A stretch of 64,000 nt of DNA from Octopus sinensis (Eukaryota), in NCBI RefSeq assembly GCF_006345805.1, contig NC_043004.1, forward strand, positions 70,804,001 to 70,868,000, written 5' to 3'. Shown piece by piece: positions 13,401 to 26,077 of this stretch (positions are counted from its first letter, which is position 1; the number at the start of each line of letters is the position of its first letter). The position numbers and the translations under genes were made by a program. The notes beneath the pieces were generated by a model, which was not told the DNA's origin, did not search any database, and saw nothing but the letters and a program-made list of their open reading frames with translations.

Positions 13401-16400
13401 ACATAAAAAGCACTGGTGCTGGTGTCACATAAAAAGCACTGGTGCTGGTGCCATGTAAAAAGCACTGGTGCTGGTGCCATGTAAAAAGCACTGGTGCTGG
13501 TGCCATGTAAAAAGCACTGGTGATGGTGCCATGTAAAAAGCACTGGTGCTGGTGCCATGTAAAAAGCACTGGTGCTGGTGTCACATAAAAAGCACTGGTG
13601 CTGGTGCCATGTAAAAAGCACTGGTGCTGGTGCCATGTAAAAAGCACTGGTGCTGGTGCCACATAAAAAGCACTGCTGCTGGTGCCATGTAAAAAGCACT
13701 GGTGCTGGTGCCATGTAAAAAGCACTGGTGCTGGTGCCATGTAAAATGCACTGGTGATGGTGTCACATAAAAAGCACTGCTGCTGGTGCCATGTAAAAAG
13801 CACTGGTGCTGGTGCCATGTAAAAAGCACTGGTGCTGGTGCCATGTAAAAAGCACTGGTGCTGGTGCCACATAAAAAGCACTGGTGCTGGTGCCATGTAA
13901 AAAGCACTGGTGCTGGTGCCATGTAAAAAGCACTGGTGCTGGTGCCATGTAAAAAGTACTGGTGCTGGTGCCATGTAAAAAGCACTGGTGTGGTGGTGTG
14001 GTGTCACATAAAAAGCACTGGTCCTGGTGCCATGTAAAAAGCACTGGTGCTGGTGCCATGTAAAAGCACTGGTGCTGGTGCCATGTAAAAAGTACTGGTG
14101 CTGGTGCCATGTAAAAAGCACTGGTGCTGGTGTCACATAAAAGCACTGGTCCTGGTGCCATGTAAAAAGCACTGGTGCTGGTGCCATGTAAAAAGCACTG
14201 GTGCTGGTGTCACATAAAAGCATGGTCTGGTGCCATGTAAAAAGCATGGTGTGTGCAAAAAGCACTGGTGCTGTGTGCCATGTAAAAAGTACTGGAATGG
14301 CTGGTGCCATGTAAAAAGCACTGGTGCTGGTGTCACATAAAAAGCACTGGTGCTGGTGCCATGTAAAAAGCACTGGTGCTGGTGCACATAAAAAGCACTG
14401 GTGCTGGTGTCACATAAAAAGCACTGGTGCTGGTGCCATGTAAAAAGCACTGGTGCTGGTGCCATGTAAAAAGTACTGGTGCTGGTGCCATGTAAAAAGC
14501 ACTGGTGCTGGTGTCACATAAAAAGCACTGGTCCTGGTGCCACATAAAAAGCACTGGTGCTGGTGCCATGTAAAAAGCACTGGTGCTGGTGCCATGTAAA
14601 AAGCACTGGTGCTGGTGCCATGTAAAAAGCACTGGTGCTGGTGCCATGTAAAAAGCACTGGTGCTGGTGCCACATAAAAAGCACTGGTGCTGGTGCCATG
14701 TAAAAAGCACTGGTGCTGGTGCCACATAAAAAGCACTGGTGCTGGTGTCACATAAAAAGCACTGGTGCTGGTGTCACATAAAAAGCACTGGTGCTGGTGC
14801 CATGTAAAAAGCACTGGTGCTGGTGCCACATAAAAAGCACTGGTGCTGGTGCCATGTAAAAAGCACTGGTGCTGGTGCCACATAAAAAGCACTGGTGCTG
14901 GTGCCATGTAAAAAGCACTGGTGCTGGTGCCACATAAAAAGCACTGGTGCTGGTGCCACATAAAAAGCACTGGTCCTGGTGCCATGTAAAAAGCACTGGT
15001 GCTGGTGCCATGTAAAAAGCACTGGTGCTGGTGCCATGTAAAAAGCACTGGTGCTGGTGTCACATAAAAAGCACTGGTGCTGGTGCCATGTAAAAAGCAC
15101 TGGTGCTGGTGCCATGTAAAAAGCACTGGTGCTGGTGCCATGTAAAAAGCACTGGTGCTGGTGTCACATAAAAAGCACTGGTGATGGTGCCATGTAAAAA
15201 GCACTGGTGCTGGTGCCACATAAAAAGTACTGGTGCTGGTGCCATGTAAAAAGCACTGGTGCTGGTGCCATGTAAAAAGCACTGGTGCTGGTGCCATGTA
15301 AAAAGCACTGGTGCTGGTGCCATGTAAAAAGCACTGGTGATGGTGCCATGTAAAAAGCACTGGTGCTGGTGCCACATAAAAAGTACTGGTGCTGGTGCCA
15401 TGTAAAAAGCACTGGTCCTGGTGCCATGTAAAAAGCACTGGTGCTGGTGCCATGTAAAAAGCACTGGTGCTGGTGCCATGTAAAAAGCACTGGTGCTGGT
15501 GTCACATAAAAAGCACTGGTGCTGGTGCCATGTAAAAAGCACTGGTGCTGGTGCCATGTAAAAAGCACTGGTGATGGTGCCATGTAAAAAGCACTGGCGA
15601 TGGTGCCACATAAAAAGCACTGGTGCTGGTGTCACATAAAAAGCACTGGTGATGGTGCCATGTAAAAAGCACTGGTGCTGGTGCCACATAAAAAGTACTG
15701 GTGCTGGTGCCATGTAAAAAGCACTGGTGCTGGTGTCACATAAAAAGCACTGGTGATGGTGCCATGTAAAAAGCACTGGTGCTGGTGCCACATAAAAAGT
15801 ACTGGTGCTGGTGCCATGTAAAAAGCACTGGTGCTGGTGTCACATAAAAAGCACTGGTGATGGTGCCATGTAAAAAGCACTGGCGATGGTGCCACATAAA
15901 AAGCACTGGTGCTGGTGTCACATAAAAAGCACTGGTGATGGTGCCATGTAAAAAGCACTGGTGCTGGTGCCACATAAAAAGTACTGGTGCTGGTGCCATG
16001 TAAAAAGCACTGGTGCTGGTGCCACATAAAAAGCACTGGTGATGGTGCCATGTAAAAAGCACTGGCGATGGTGCCACATAAAAAGCACTGGTGCTGGTGT
16101 CACATAAAAAGCACTGGTGATGGTGCCATGTAAAAAGCACTGGTGCTGGTGCCACATAAAAAGTACTGGTGCTGGTGCCATGTAAAAAGCACTGGTGCTG
16201 GTGTCACATAAAAAGCACTGGTGATGGTGCCATGTAAAAAGCACTGGTGCTGGTGCCACATAAAAAGTACTGGTGCTGGTGCCATGTAAAAAGCACTGGT
16301 GCTGGTGCCACATAAAAAGCACTGGTGATGGTGCCATGTAAAAAGCACTGGTGCTGGTGCCACATAAAAAGTACTGGTGCTGGTGCCATGTAAAAAGCAC

Positions 16401-18521
16401 TGGTGCTGGTGCCATGTAAAAAGCACTGGTGCTGGTGTCACATAAAAAGCACTGGTGATGGTGCCATGTAAAAAGCACTGGTGCTGGTGCCACATAAAAA
16501 GTACTGGTGCTGGTGCCATGTAAAAAGCACTGGTGCTGGTGCCATGTAAAAAGCACTGGTGCTGGTGTCACATAAAAAGCACTGGTGATGGTGCCATGTA
16601 AAAAGCACTGGTGCTGGTGCCACATAAAAAGTACTGGTGCTGGTGCCATGTAAAAAGCACTGGTGCTGGTGCCACATAAAAAGCACTGGTGCTGGTGCCA
16701 CATAAAAAGCACTGGTGCTGGTGCCATGTAAAAAGCACTGGTGCTGGTGCCACATAAAAAGCACTGGTGCTGGTGCCATGTAAAAAGCACTGGTGCTGGT
16801 GCCACATAAAAAGCACTGGTGCTGGTGCCACATAAAAAGCACTGGTGCTGGTGCCATGTAAAAAGCACTGGTGCTGGTGCCATGTAAAAAGCACTGGTGC
16901 TGGTGCCACATAAAAGCACTGGTGCTGGTGCCATGTAAAAAGCACTGGTGCTGGTGCCATGTAAAAAGCACTGGTGCTGGTGCCATGTAAAAAGTACTGG
17001 TGATGGTGCCATGTAAAAAGCACTGGTGCTGGTGCCACATAAAAAGCACTGGTGCTGGTGCCATGTAAAAAGCACTGGTGCTGGTGCCACATAAAAAGCA
17101 CTGGTGCTGGTGCCATGTAAAAAAGCACTGGTGCTGGTGCCACATAAAAAGCACTGGTGCTGGTGCCACATAAAAAGCACTGGTGCTGGTGCCACATAAA
17201 AAGCACTGGTGCTGGTGCCATGTAAAAAGCACTGGTGCTGGTGCCATGTAAAAAGCACTGGTGCTGGTGCCACATAAAAGCACTGGTGCTGGTGCCATGT
17301 AAAAAGCACTGGTGCTGGTGCCATGTAAAAGCACTGGTGCTGGTGCCATGTAAAAAGCACTGGTGCTGGTGCCATGTAAAAAGCACTGGTGCTGGTGTCA
17401 CAATAAAAAGCACTGTGCTGGTGCCATGTAAAAAGCACTGGTGCTGGTGCCACATAAAAAGCACTGGTGCTGGTGCCACATAAAAAGCACTGGTGCTGGT
17501 GCCATGTAAAAAGCACTGGTGCTGGTGCCATGTAAAAAGCACTGGTGCTGGTGCCATGTAAAAAGTACTGGTGATGGTGCCATGTAAAAAGCACTGGTGC
17601 TGGTGCCATGTAAAAAGCACTGGTGCTGGTGCCATGTAAAAAGTACTGGTGATGGTGCCATGTAAAAAGCACTGGTGCTGGTGCCACGTAAAAAGCACTG
17701 GTGCTGGTGCCATGTAAAAAGCACTGGTGCTGGTGCCATGTAAAAAGCACTGGTGCTGGTGCCACGTAAAAAGCACTGGTGCTGGTGCCACATAAAAGCA
17801 CTGGTGCTGGTGCCATGTAAAAAGCACTGGTGCTGGTGCCATGTAAAAAGCACTGGTGCTGGTGTCACATAAAAAGCACTGGTGCTGGTGCCATGTAAAA
17901 AGCACTGGTGCTGGTGCCATGTAAAAAGCACTGGTGCTGGTGCCATGTAAAAAGCACTGGTGCTGGTGTCACATAAAAAGCACTGGTGCTGGTGCCACAT
18001 TAAAAGCACTGGTGCTGGTGCCACATAAAAAGCACTGGTGCTGGTGCCACATAAAAAGCACTGGTGCTGGTGCCATGTAAAAAGCACTGGTGCTGGTGCC
18101 ATGTAAAAAGCACTGGTGCTGGTGTCACATAAAAAGCACTGGTGCTGGTGCCATGTAAAAAGCACTGGTGCTGGTGCCACATAAAAAGCACTGGTGCTGG
18201 TGCCACATAAAAAGCACTGGTGCTGGTGCCATGTAAAAAGCACTGGTGCTGGTGCCATGTAAAAAGCACTGGTGCTGGTGCCATGTAAAAAGTACTGGTG
18301 ATGGTGCCATGTAAAAAGCACTGGTGCTGGTGCCATGTAAAAAGCACTGGTGCTGGTGCCACATAAAAAGCACTGGTGCTGGTGCCACATAAAAAGCACT
18401 GGTGCTGGTGCCATGTAAAAAGCACTGGTGCTGGTGCCACATAAAAAGCACTGGTGCTGGTGTCACATAAAAAGCATTGTTGCTGGTACTTCATAAAAAG
18501 CACTGGTGATGCTAAAAAGCA
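7426..18521. repeat. 26-bp tandem satellite, consensus GCACTGGTGCTGGTGCCA(TGT/CAT)AAAAA, roughly 425 units
   Basis: Uninterrupted tandem array with no unique spacers. A few recurrent variants occur (GCT>GAT/CCT, GCC>GTC, AGCAC>AGTAC). Unit count is estimated as length/26. Confidence 0.98.
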
Positions 18522-18665
18522 CCCTGTAAAATGGTTGGCATTAGAAACGGTATCCAGCTGTAGAAACCAATCCAATACAGACTATGGAACCTGGTGTAGG
18601 CTCTGACCTTGCCAGCTCCTGTCAAGCTGTCCAACATGGAAAACAGACATTAAATGATGATGATG
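18510..18665 (+). mobile_element. RTE 3' UTR/tail ending in (ATG)n
   Basis: aaaagcaccc...tggttggcattag...atccagctgtagaaacc...atggaaaacagacattaaatgatgatgatg matches the dispersed tail family at 42250-42440 and 45820-45985. Confidence 0.85.
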
Positions 18666-18790
18666 GTCTATGTTCTGAATTCAAATTCTGCTAAGGTCGA
18701 CTTTGCCTTTCATCTTTTTAGGGTCAATAAACTAAGTAGCAGTTATGCACTGGGGTCGATATTATCGACTATCCCCCTCTTCCAAACTGC
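18666..18790 (+). mobile_element. SINE-like family D fragment
   Basis: gttctgaattcaaattctgctaaggtcgactttgcc matches copies at about 24885-25225, 36210-36470, 41105-41340, 53355-53570 and 53890-54100. Confidence 0.75.
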
Positions 18791-19403
18791 AGGATTATTA
18801 AAAAGGGCCCCAGCTGTAAAAACCGGAGCTTGATGCAGTCCTTGGACACATTGGTTCCAGTCAAACTGTCCTACCCATGATAGTCTGGAACATGGATATT
18901 AAATGATGATGAGATACAATAAGGATTTGTATATTCATGTTTGAATCTGCCAGAACATATTAAGACTGAATGCGGCAGTCTTTCTTTTGATCCTCCCTGT
19001 TTACTGTGCACATGACAGTTATTTATTATTGGTTGGTAGATGTCAGCAAATAATTTTTTTTGCTAAGATTATAACGAGCCACAAGCTTGTTAGATTCATT
19101 AGTCTGGGGTAGCTTTGGTTGGGAAGAAACAAAGATGTCGAAACACCAGGTGTCCTAAAAGTCACCATATGCAAATAAACCAACTGTGTTATGCGCATAC
19201 ATTTGTGTGAAAGGAGCAACAATTTTCCTCTGATGAAATACAACAGCATTTCACACGTTCACATTGAAATCTGTCGGAATGTATTAAAAATAATTGTGTA
19301 GGTCTTCGTTTTGATTCTTGATGTTTACTGTGCACACAAGATGATTTATTATTAGTAAATAATTTGTTTGCTAAAATTACAGACTAAAGCCACAAATTCT
19401 TGT

Positions 19404-19822
19404 TAGTGCTACTCAAAGTGGTGGTCTGTGGACTAGTGCCGGTCTGTGAGCTATCAGCTGCTGGTATGCGGCGAGTTTCCAGAAAAGAAAGAAACATTAT
19501 AAAATGCTTATGTAATGTTGTATTATTTGTTTACTAAATAAATATAAGATAAAAAAATTGTCAGCTTTTTTTATATTCATCATCATATTAATGTTCGTTT
19601 TCCATGCTAGCATGGGTTGGACAGTTCGACTGGGGTCTGGGAAGCCAGGAAGGCTGCACCAGGCTCCAGTCTAATCTGGCAGTATTTCTACAGCTGGATG
19701 CCCTTCCTGATGCCAACCACTCCGTGAGTGTAGTGGGTGCAATTGTTTCCAGTATAAATTACTATTACTAAGAAATATTACCAGTCCCTGGTAGACCACA
19801 TCAGATGGTTTGAGAAGCACTG
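19404..19822. mobile_element. hAT/Charlie-like MITE containing an RTE tail insertion (about 19575-19742, -)
   Basis: Termini tagtgctactcaaa / tttgagaagcactg are typical CAGTG..CTCAAA hAT-Charlie TIRs. No clear TSD. Confidence 0.65.
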
Positions 19823-19989
19823 CATTAGACCCTTATAGCTTTGACTGAGGAGATAATGATGTTGAAACACTGGGTGTTTGAAAGACCTCTGAAAGGCCCT
19901 GATGAGTCAAGTGTATTCTGAATACACATTTGTCTGAAAGTAGTTGTTCTCCATTGACAAAATATAGAGAAATGTCAGTGATTAGCATA

Positions 19990-20211
19990 TTAACCCTTTT
20001 GTTACTAACCTGGCCAAAACCGGCTCTGGCTCTGTGGTAAAATGCCTTGTTTTCATAAATTTTGAATTAAAATCTTCCACCAAACCTTAGTCACAATTTA
20101 TGTTCCTAACACTAGCTGAATGATAACTAAGTTATTTTACTAAATTCTTTGTCATATTTAAAATAATTGAAAGAAACACAGCATCTCAAAATAAAATAAT
20201 GAAACGGTTAA
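19990..20211. mobile_element. piggyBac-like MITE, family P2
   Basis: TTAA-cccttttgttac left end, TTAA right end. Copies at about 25330-25548 and 63484-63712. Confidence 0.75.
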
Positions 20212-20663
20212 TGTTCAAATTTGCTGGAACGTTTTAAGAATGATATATAAATCATTGTTTTGGTTTTTGACTGTTAAGCATGCACAAAGTAATTAAACGC
20301 TTTACATATCTGCAGTGTTGTACTTGTCTTGCAGGCTGCTTGAGCTGAGACTGGAACTACATTGTCAAAGAGCCATTTAATTACACATTAATAACCCGTT
20401 AAATTCATTTCAAACTTGAATTTATTTTATGAGGTGTCAAACTTGTCGTTACTCAGTTTGCAGTCTGGGACTGACACACTTCCGACTCTAAATATGTCAG
20501 CAACCTGGTTGCAGTTGTACAGTAAAATGTTTGATACTTCATGAAATATATTTAAATCTAAAGTAAATTTAACAGCTTTGTGTATTATTAAGTGGCTTTG
20601 TGTCATTAAACCTTTTGCTACCTGTTCCAAACTATCCCTGATTCTGTTCTATAAATTTCCTGT

Positions 20664-20904
20664 TTAACCCTTCAGCATTCAGACTACTCTCTCAAAAGTA
20701 ACACTTGTTTGCACTATTTTGAGTTAATCCTGTATTATCTTGCAGCTTTGAGATTATCATAATGTCATCATCATCATCATCATATTGTCTATTTTTAGAT
20801 TGACATTATAAGGTAAGTATGAAAGGCCAGATCTGGCCAGCTTGCACATAAAACAGATGAAATTCTTGGGTTAGATGTGGCTGGTTTCAATGCTAAAGGT
20901 TTAA
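20664..20904. mobile_element. piggyBac-like MITE, family P1
   Basis: ttaacccttcagcattc ... aatgctaaaggtttaa. Confidence 0.7.
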
Positions 20905-20929
20905 ATTGGTCTGAATATAAAAATCTTTG

Positions 20930-21801
20930 AGTAGCTGTATGGTAAGTCGCTTGCTTACCAATCACATGGTTCTGGGTTCAGTCCCACTGTGTGGCACCTT
21001 GGGTAAGTGTCTTCTACTATAGCCTCGGGCCGACCAAAGCCTTGTAAGTGGATTTGGTGGCTGGAAACTGAAAGAAGCCCGTCGTATATATATATATGTA
21101 TGTATGTGTGTCTGTGTTTGTCCTTCCAACATCGCTTGACAACCGATGCTGGTGTGTTTACGTCCCCCATAATGTAGCGGTTCGGCAAAAGTGACCGATA
21201 GAATAAGTACTAGGCTTACAAAGAATAAGTCCTGGGGTCGATTCGTTCGACTAAAGGCGGTGCTCCAGCATGGTCGTAGTCAAATGACTGAAACAAGTGA
21301 AAGAGTAAAGGAGTATATATACACACACACACACACATTATATCATCATCATCGTCATAATTTAACATCCATCTTCCTTGCTGGCATTGGTTGGTTAGAT
21401 GGTTTGACAGGATCTGGTGAACCACAACACTGCATCATAGTCCATGTCAGTTTTGGCATGCTTTCTTCAGCTGGATGGCCCTTCCTAACACCAACCACTT
21501 TACAGTGTGTAATTCGCACATACACACACACACGCCGACACACACACACATCTTTTTGTATGTCCTTGTGTCTTTCTATTTATCTATCTATATCTCTCTC
21601 TCTCTATCTATAAAATGTATGTAAATGTATACGTACAAACAGCAGGCGTGGCTGTGTCATAAGAAGCTTGCTTCCCAACCGCATGGTTCCAGGTTCAGTC
21701 CCACCATATGTCACCTTGGGCAAATGTCTTCTACTATAGCTTCGGGCTGACCAAAGCCTTGGAAGCGGATTTGGTGGCTGGAAACTGAAAGAAGCCTGTT
21801 G

Positions 21802-21859
<58 letters not shown>

Positions 21860-23960
21860 TGTATATATGTAAATGTGTGTGTGTGTTTGTCCTCCATCAT
21901 TGTTTGACAACCGAAGTTGGTGTGTTTACATCCCTGTAACTTAGCAGTTTGGCAAAAGAGACTGATAGTATAAGCACTAGGCTTACAAAGAATAAGTCAG
22001 GCGGCTCAATTTGTTTGACTAAAGGCAGTGCTCCAGCATGACCGCAGTTAGATGACTGAAACAAGTAAAATAATAAAATATCTATAAAGATATTAATATG
22101 AACCTATAACTATACTCATATATGTGATACACAAAAATGGGTCTTGAAATATTGGAAGTTTTCACCTTCCCGTTCACCTGTCTATTGATCTGTTTATTGA
22201 ACTGGTTCTCACATGACACCTGTGCACACACACACACACACACACATACACACACACATCACACATTCATAGAAGCTTTCTCTCCCCTATTTCCCCCCTC
22301 TCCCTCTCCTTTCCCATTCCTTCTTTTCTATTCCAGTTTTCTATGGATTCACCTCCATATTTTGTCTTGTGATTAAGTACCTCCATCTACACACTGGCTC
22401 CCTCCACACACACACACACACATGCACACAATCTTCTTTTCCTTCCCCCACCCCTAGACTTCTTTTTCTTCCCTTTTCCTTACACTCCCTGTTTTTACTT
22501 ACAATTGAGCTTCAACACACAATTACACAGGTATACAGGTGTGTATCTATCTATGTATGTATGTATTACCCAGGTGTACCTACAAATTTATGCATGTACT
22601 CCTTATCTTACCTGTAAACAATTTATCATTGTATATTCTTTTATTCTTTTACTTGTTTCAGTCATTTGACTGTGGCCATGCTGAAGCACTGCCTTCAGTC
22701 AAGCTAATCGACCCCAGGACTTATTCTTTGTAAGCCTAGCACTTATTCTATCGGTCTCTTTTGCTGAACAGCTAAGTTACAGGGACATGAACACACCAAC
22801 ATCGTTTGTCAAGCGAAGGTGTTGGGGGACAAAAACACACACACACACACACACACACACGCATGATGGGCTTCTTTCAGTTTCCGTCTACCAAATCCGC
22901 TCACAAGGATTTGGTCGGCCCAAGGCTATATTAGAAGACACTGACCAAGGTGCCACGCAGTGGGACTGAACCTTGAACCACGTGGTTGGTAAGCTAGCTA
23001 CTTACCACTCAGCTAATCCTGTTTTTGTTTTCCTCATTCATCATTAAATAAATTTCCGTTTGCCAGGCTGGTATGCTCTTGCTTGTGGGTGTGTCTGTCT
23101 ATCTGTATCTCCCTTGCTCTCTTTTTATATACATTCATTCATGCACGCATGCATACATACATACGTATGTACATATATACGTATGTACATACATACGTAT
23201 GTACATACATACACACATACATACATACATTCATACATACATACATTCATACATACACACATACATACATACATACACACATACATACATACACACATAC
23301 ATACATACATACACACATACATACATACATACATACACATACATACACATACATACACATACATACACACATACATACATACATACACACATACATACAA
23401 ACATACATACATACATACATACATACATACATACATACATACATACATACATACATACATACACATACACACACACACATACATAAATACATACATACAT
23501 ACATACATACACATACATACATACATACACATACACACACACACATACATGCACACATACATACATACATACATACATACAGGTGTATGTGTGGTTGTGT
23601 GGTAAGAAGCTTGCTTCCCAACCACATGGTTCTGGGTTCAGTCTCACTGTGTAGCACCTTGGGCGTCTTCTGTTATAGCTTTGGGCCAACCAAAGCCTTG
23701 TGAGTGAATTTGGTAGATGGAAAGAAGCCCATCGTATATATGTATATTTATGTGTGTGTGTCTTAGTGTCCTCTTACACTGCTTGACAGCCGGTGTTGGT
23801 GTGTTTACATCCCCATTATTTGGCAGTTCAGCAAGAGAGATCTCAGAAAATTACCATGTTTAACAAAAATAAACCTGGCGGGGTTGATCAATTTATTTGA
23901 CTAAAGACTCTTCATGGCTGCAGTCTAATGGCTGAAACAAGTACAAGGTAAAAGATACAC
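20930..23960. mobile_element. Cluster of SINE A copies (about 20935-21310 +, 21645-22075 +, 22640-23010 -, 23590-23950 +) with an RTE tail at about 21345-21510
   Basis: Each matches the family A consensus. Confidence 0.85.
23135..23582. repeat. (CATA)n/(CA)n microsatellite
   Basis: Directly visible. Source of the HTYI/MYVC ORFs. Confidence 0.97.
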
Positions 23961-25760
23961 ACACTCACTCACCCCCCACTCACTCACTCACTCACTCACT
24001 CACCCCCCACTCACTCACTCACTCACTCACCTATTAGAGAGTTACTAACTATAATTCTGTTCAAACACGGCAAAGCATATAACAGTTTCTGTTGAGCAGA
24101 AAAATTATTGTGCCTAATTTGCATACTTGAGATTTAAATATTTAATTAGCTAATTTGCATATTTAATCAGATATTCACATGTGATACTGTGTCCCTGCAA
24201 AGGGATGAAGAGTCCGTTGGACTCCTTTGGGATTTGAACTTTGGATATCAAAGAAAGAAATCTAAATGTTGTTTGACAGGCATCATCATCATCATCGACA
24301 TTCAACATCCATCTTCTATGCTTGTGTGGGTTGGATGGGTTGACAGGAGCTGTAAGCTGGAGGACAGCATTAAGTACCATTTTCTGTTTTGGTACACTAA
24401 TTGCCAAAGTGATTTCTAGGAATTTTATAAACCCACAGACGCACACACACACACGTGTTCATACATAACACAAGCAGAAATGCACTTGCACACACACACA
24501 CACACACACATATGCATGCGTACCACAAACATGCATACCACACAGATGTACATGCACACACAAACATACTTACACATACACACACACATGTTATACATAG
24601 ACATATAAAACATACACAACCATATACATACATGCACACATACACATACATGCAAATACATATATGTAATTATTTTGTTACTTAACATTACTGTATGAAG
24701 TTTTCTTAATTACATCTAATTACATTTTAATTAAAGGGGTAATCAGTTCTATCATACACATACATACCTATACGTGTGCATACATACACACACATATACA
24801 TAAACATACATCCACACACCTTGGTACACAAACATCTGTATGTGTGTTTACATCTGTGTGTGTGTATGTATATATGCATGCATCAGTTTCAAAATTTGGT
24901 ACAAGGCCAGCAATTTCAAGGGAGGGACAATATGTTGATTACATTTACCTCAGTGTTCAACTGGTATTTATTTTATCGACTCTGAAAAGCTGAAAGGCAA
25001 AGTCAACCTTGGCAGAATTTGAACACAGAATCGTTAGCATGCTGCGTGAAATGCTTAGCGGTATTTTACCTGTTGCTACGTTCTGAGTTCAAATTCCACT
25101 GAGGTCAACTTTGCCTTTCATCCCTCCAGGGTTGATGAAATAAATACCAGTTATGCACTGAGGTCAATGAAATCGACTATCCCCCTCCCCCAAATTTCAG
25201 ACCTTGTGCCTATAGTAGAAAGAAAGAAAAAAAAGAATTTGAACACTGAATGCAAAGACAAAAGAAATACCACTAAATGTTTTTTCCAGAATGATAATAA
25301 TTCTGCCAGTTTGCTGCCTTGCGTCAGTTTGACTCTTTCGTTACTAACCTGGCTGAAACTGGCTCTGGCTCTGTAGTACAAATGTCTTCGTTTTCATAAG
25401 TTTTGAATTAAAATCTTCCACCAAACCTTAGTCACAATTTATGTTCCTAATTCTAGCTGAATGATAACTAAGTTATTTTACTAAATTCTTTCTTATATTT
25501 AAAATAATTGAAAGAAACACAGAGCCATTCAAAATAAATACGATAACTAAATTTTATATCCATGCAGACATATATCAAACTGCAAACTCATTGAGGCAAG
25601 CGTGGCTGTGTACTTGAGAAGTTTGCTTCCCAACCACATGGTTCCGGGTTCAGTCCCATTGCATGGCACTTTGGGCACGTGTTTTCTACTATAGTCCTGG
25701 GCTGACCAAAACCTTGCGAGTGGATTTGGTAGACAGAAACTGAAAGAAGCTCATTGTATA

Positions 25761-26065
25761 TTAGCCAAAGTTAACAAATTCACCATCCAAAATAGTTACT
25801 TCCTAAAGGGAGATAATTGTGAAAGATTTGAAAGTTAACATAAGATTGTAATCATGTAAAGTAAATATAACAAATAATCTAGAATCCTTGTCCAGTACCG
25901 GATCGATCTGAAAATCTAATCAGTTCATGCCAGTCATGAGGCCAAACATCCCTGAAAGTTGCACCCAAATCCATCCAGCGGTCCTTGAGATATCTTGTCC
26001 ATGGACAAACAAACGAACGTAACCAAAAAACAATGCCTCTGCCTTTGCTAAGGCAGAGGTAATAA
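25761..26065 (+). mobile_element. Helentron/DINE-like non-autonomous element with 3' hairpin
   Basis: Ends in a perfect 10-bp hairpin cctctgcctt-tgct-aaggcagagg (26036-26059) followed by taat. The body has the 'aatccatccagcggtccttgagatatc...acaaacaaac' layout usual for HINE/DINE-like elements. Confidence 0.55.
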
Positions 26066-26077
26066 ATGGGAACACAT

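Noticed and set aside
14200-14300. Divergent island inside the satellite
   Set aside because: Scattered single-base indels resemble low-quality long-read consensus more than biology. It cannot be supported without raw reads.
7426-18521. CRISPR array
   Set aside because: The units are contiguous with no unique spacers, there are no cas genes, and the context is eukaryotic.
7331-18575. Dozens of long minus-strand ORFs (up to 658 aa) with WHQHQCFLHGTSTSAFYMAPAPVLFT repeats
   Set aside because: The minus strand of the 26-bp unit has no stop codon except in the GTC variant, so all three frames stay open and cycle through the same 26-aa peptide. There is no frame preference and no unique domain.
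20427-20630. Minus-strand ORF as a terminal exon (…NCNQVADIFRVGSVSVPDCK…), or a plus-strand exon after 20334
   Set aside because: Splice signals are plausible but no family is recognised and there is no phase link to the 33908 exon. Evidence is insufficient.
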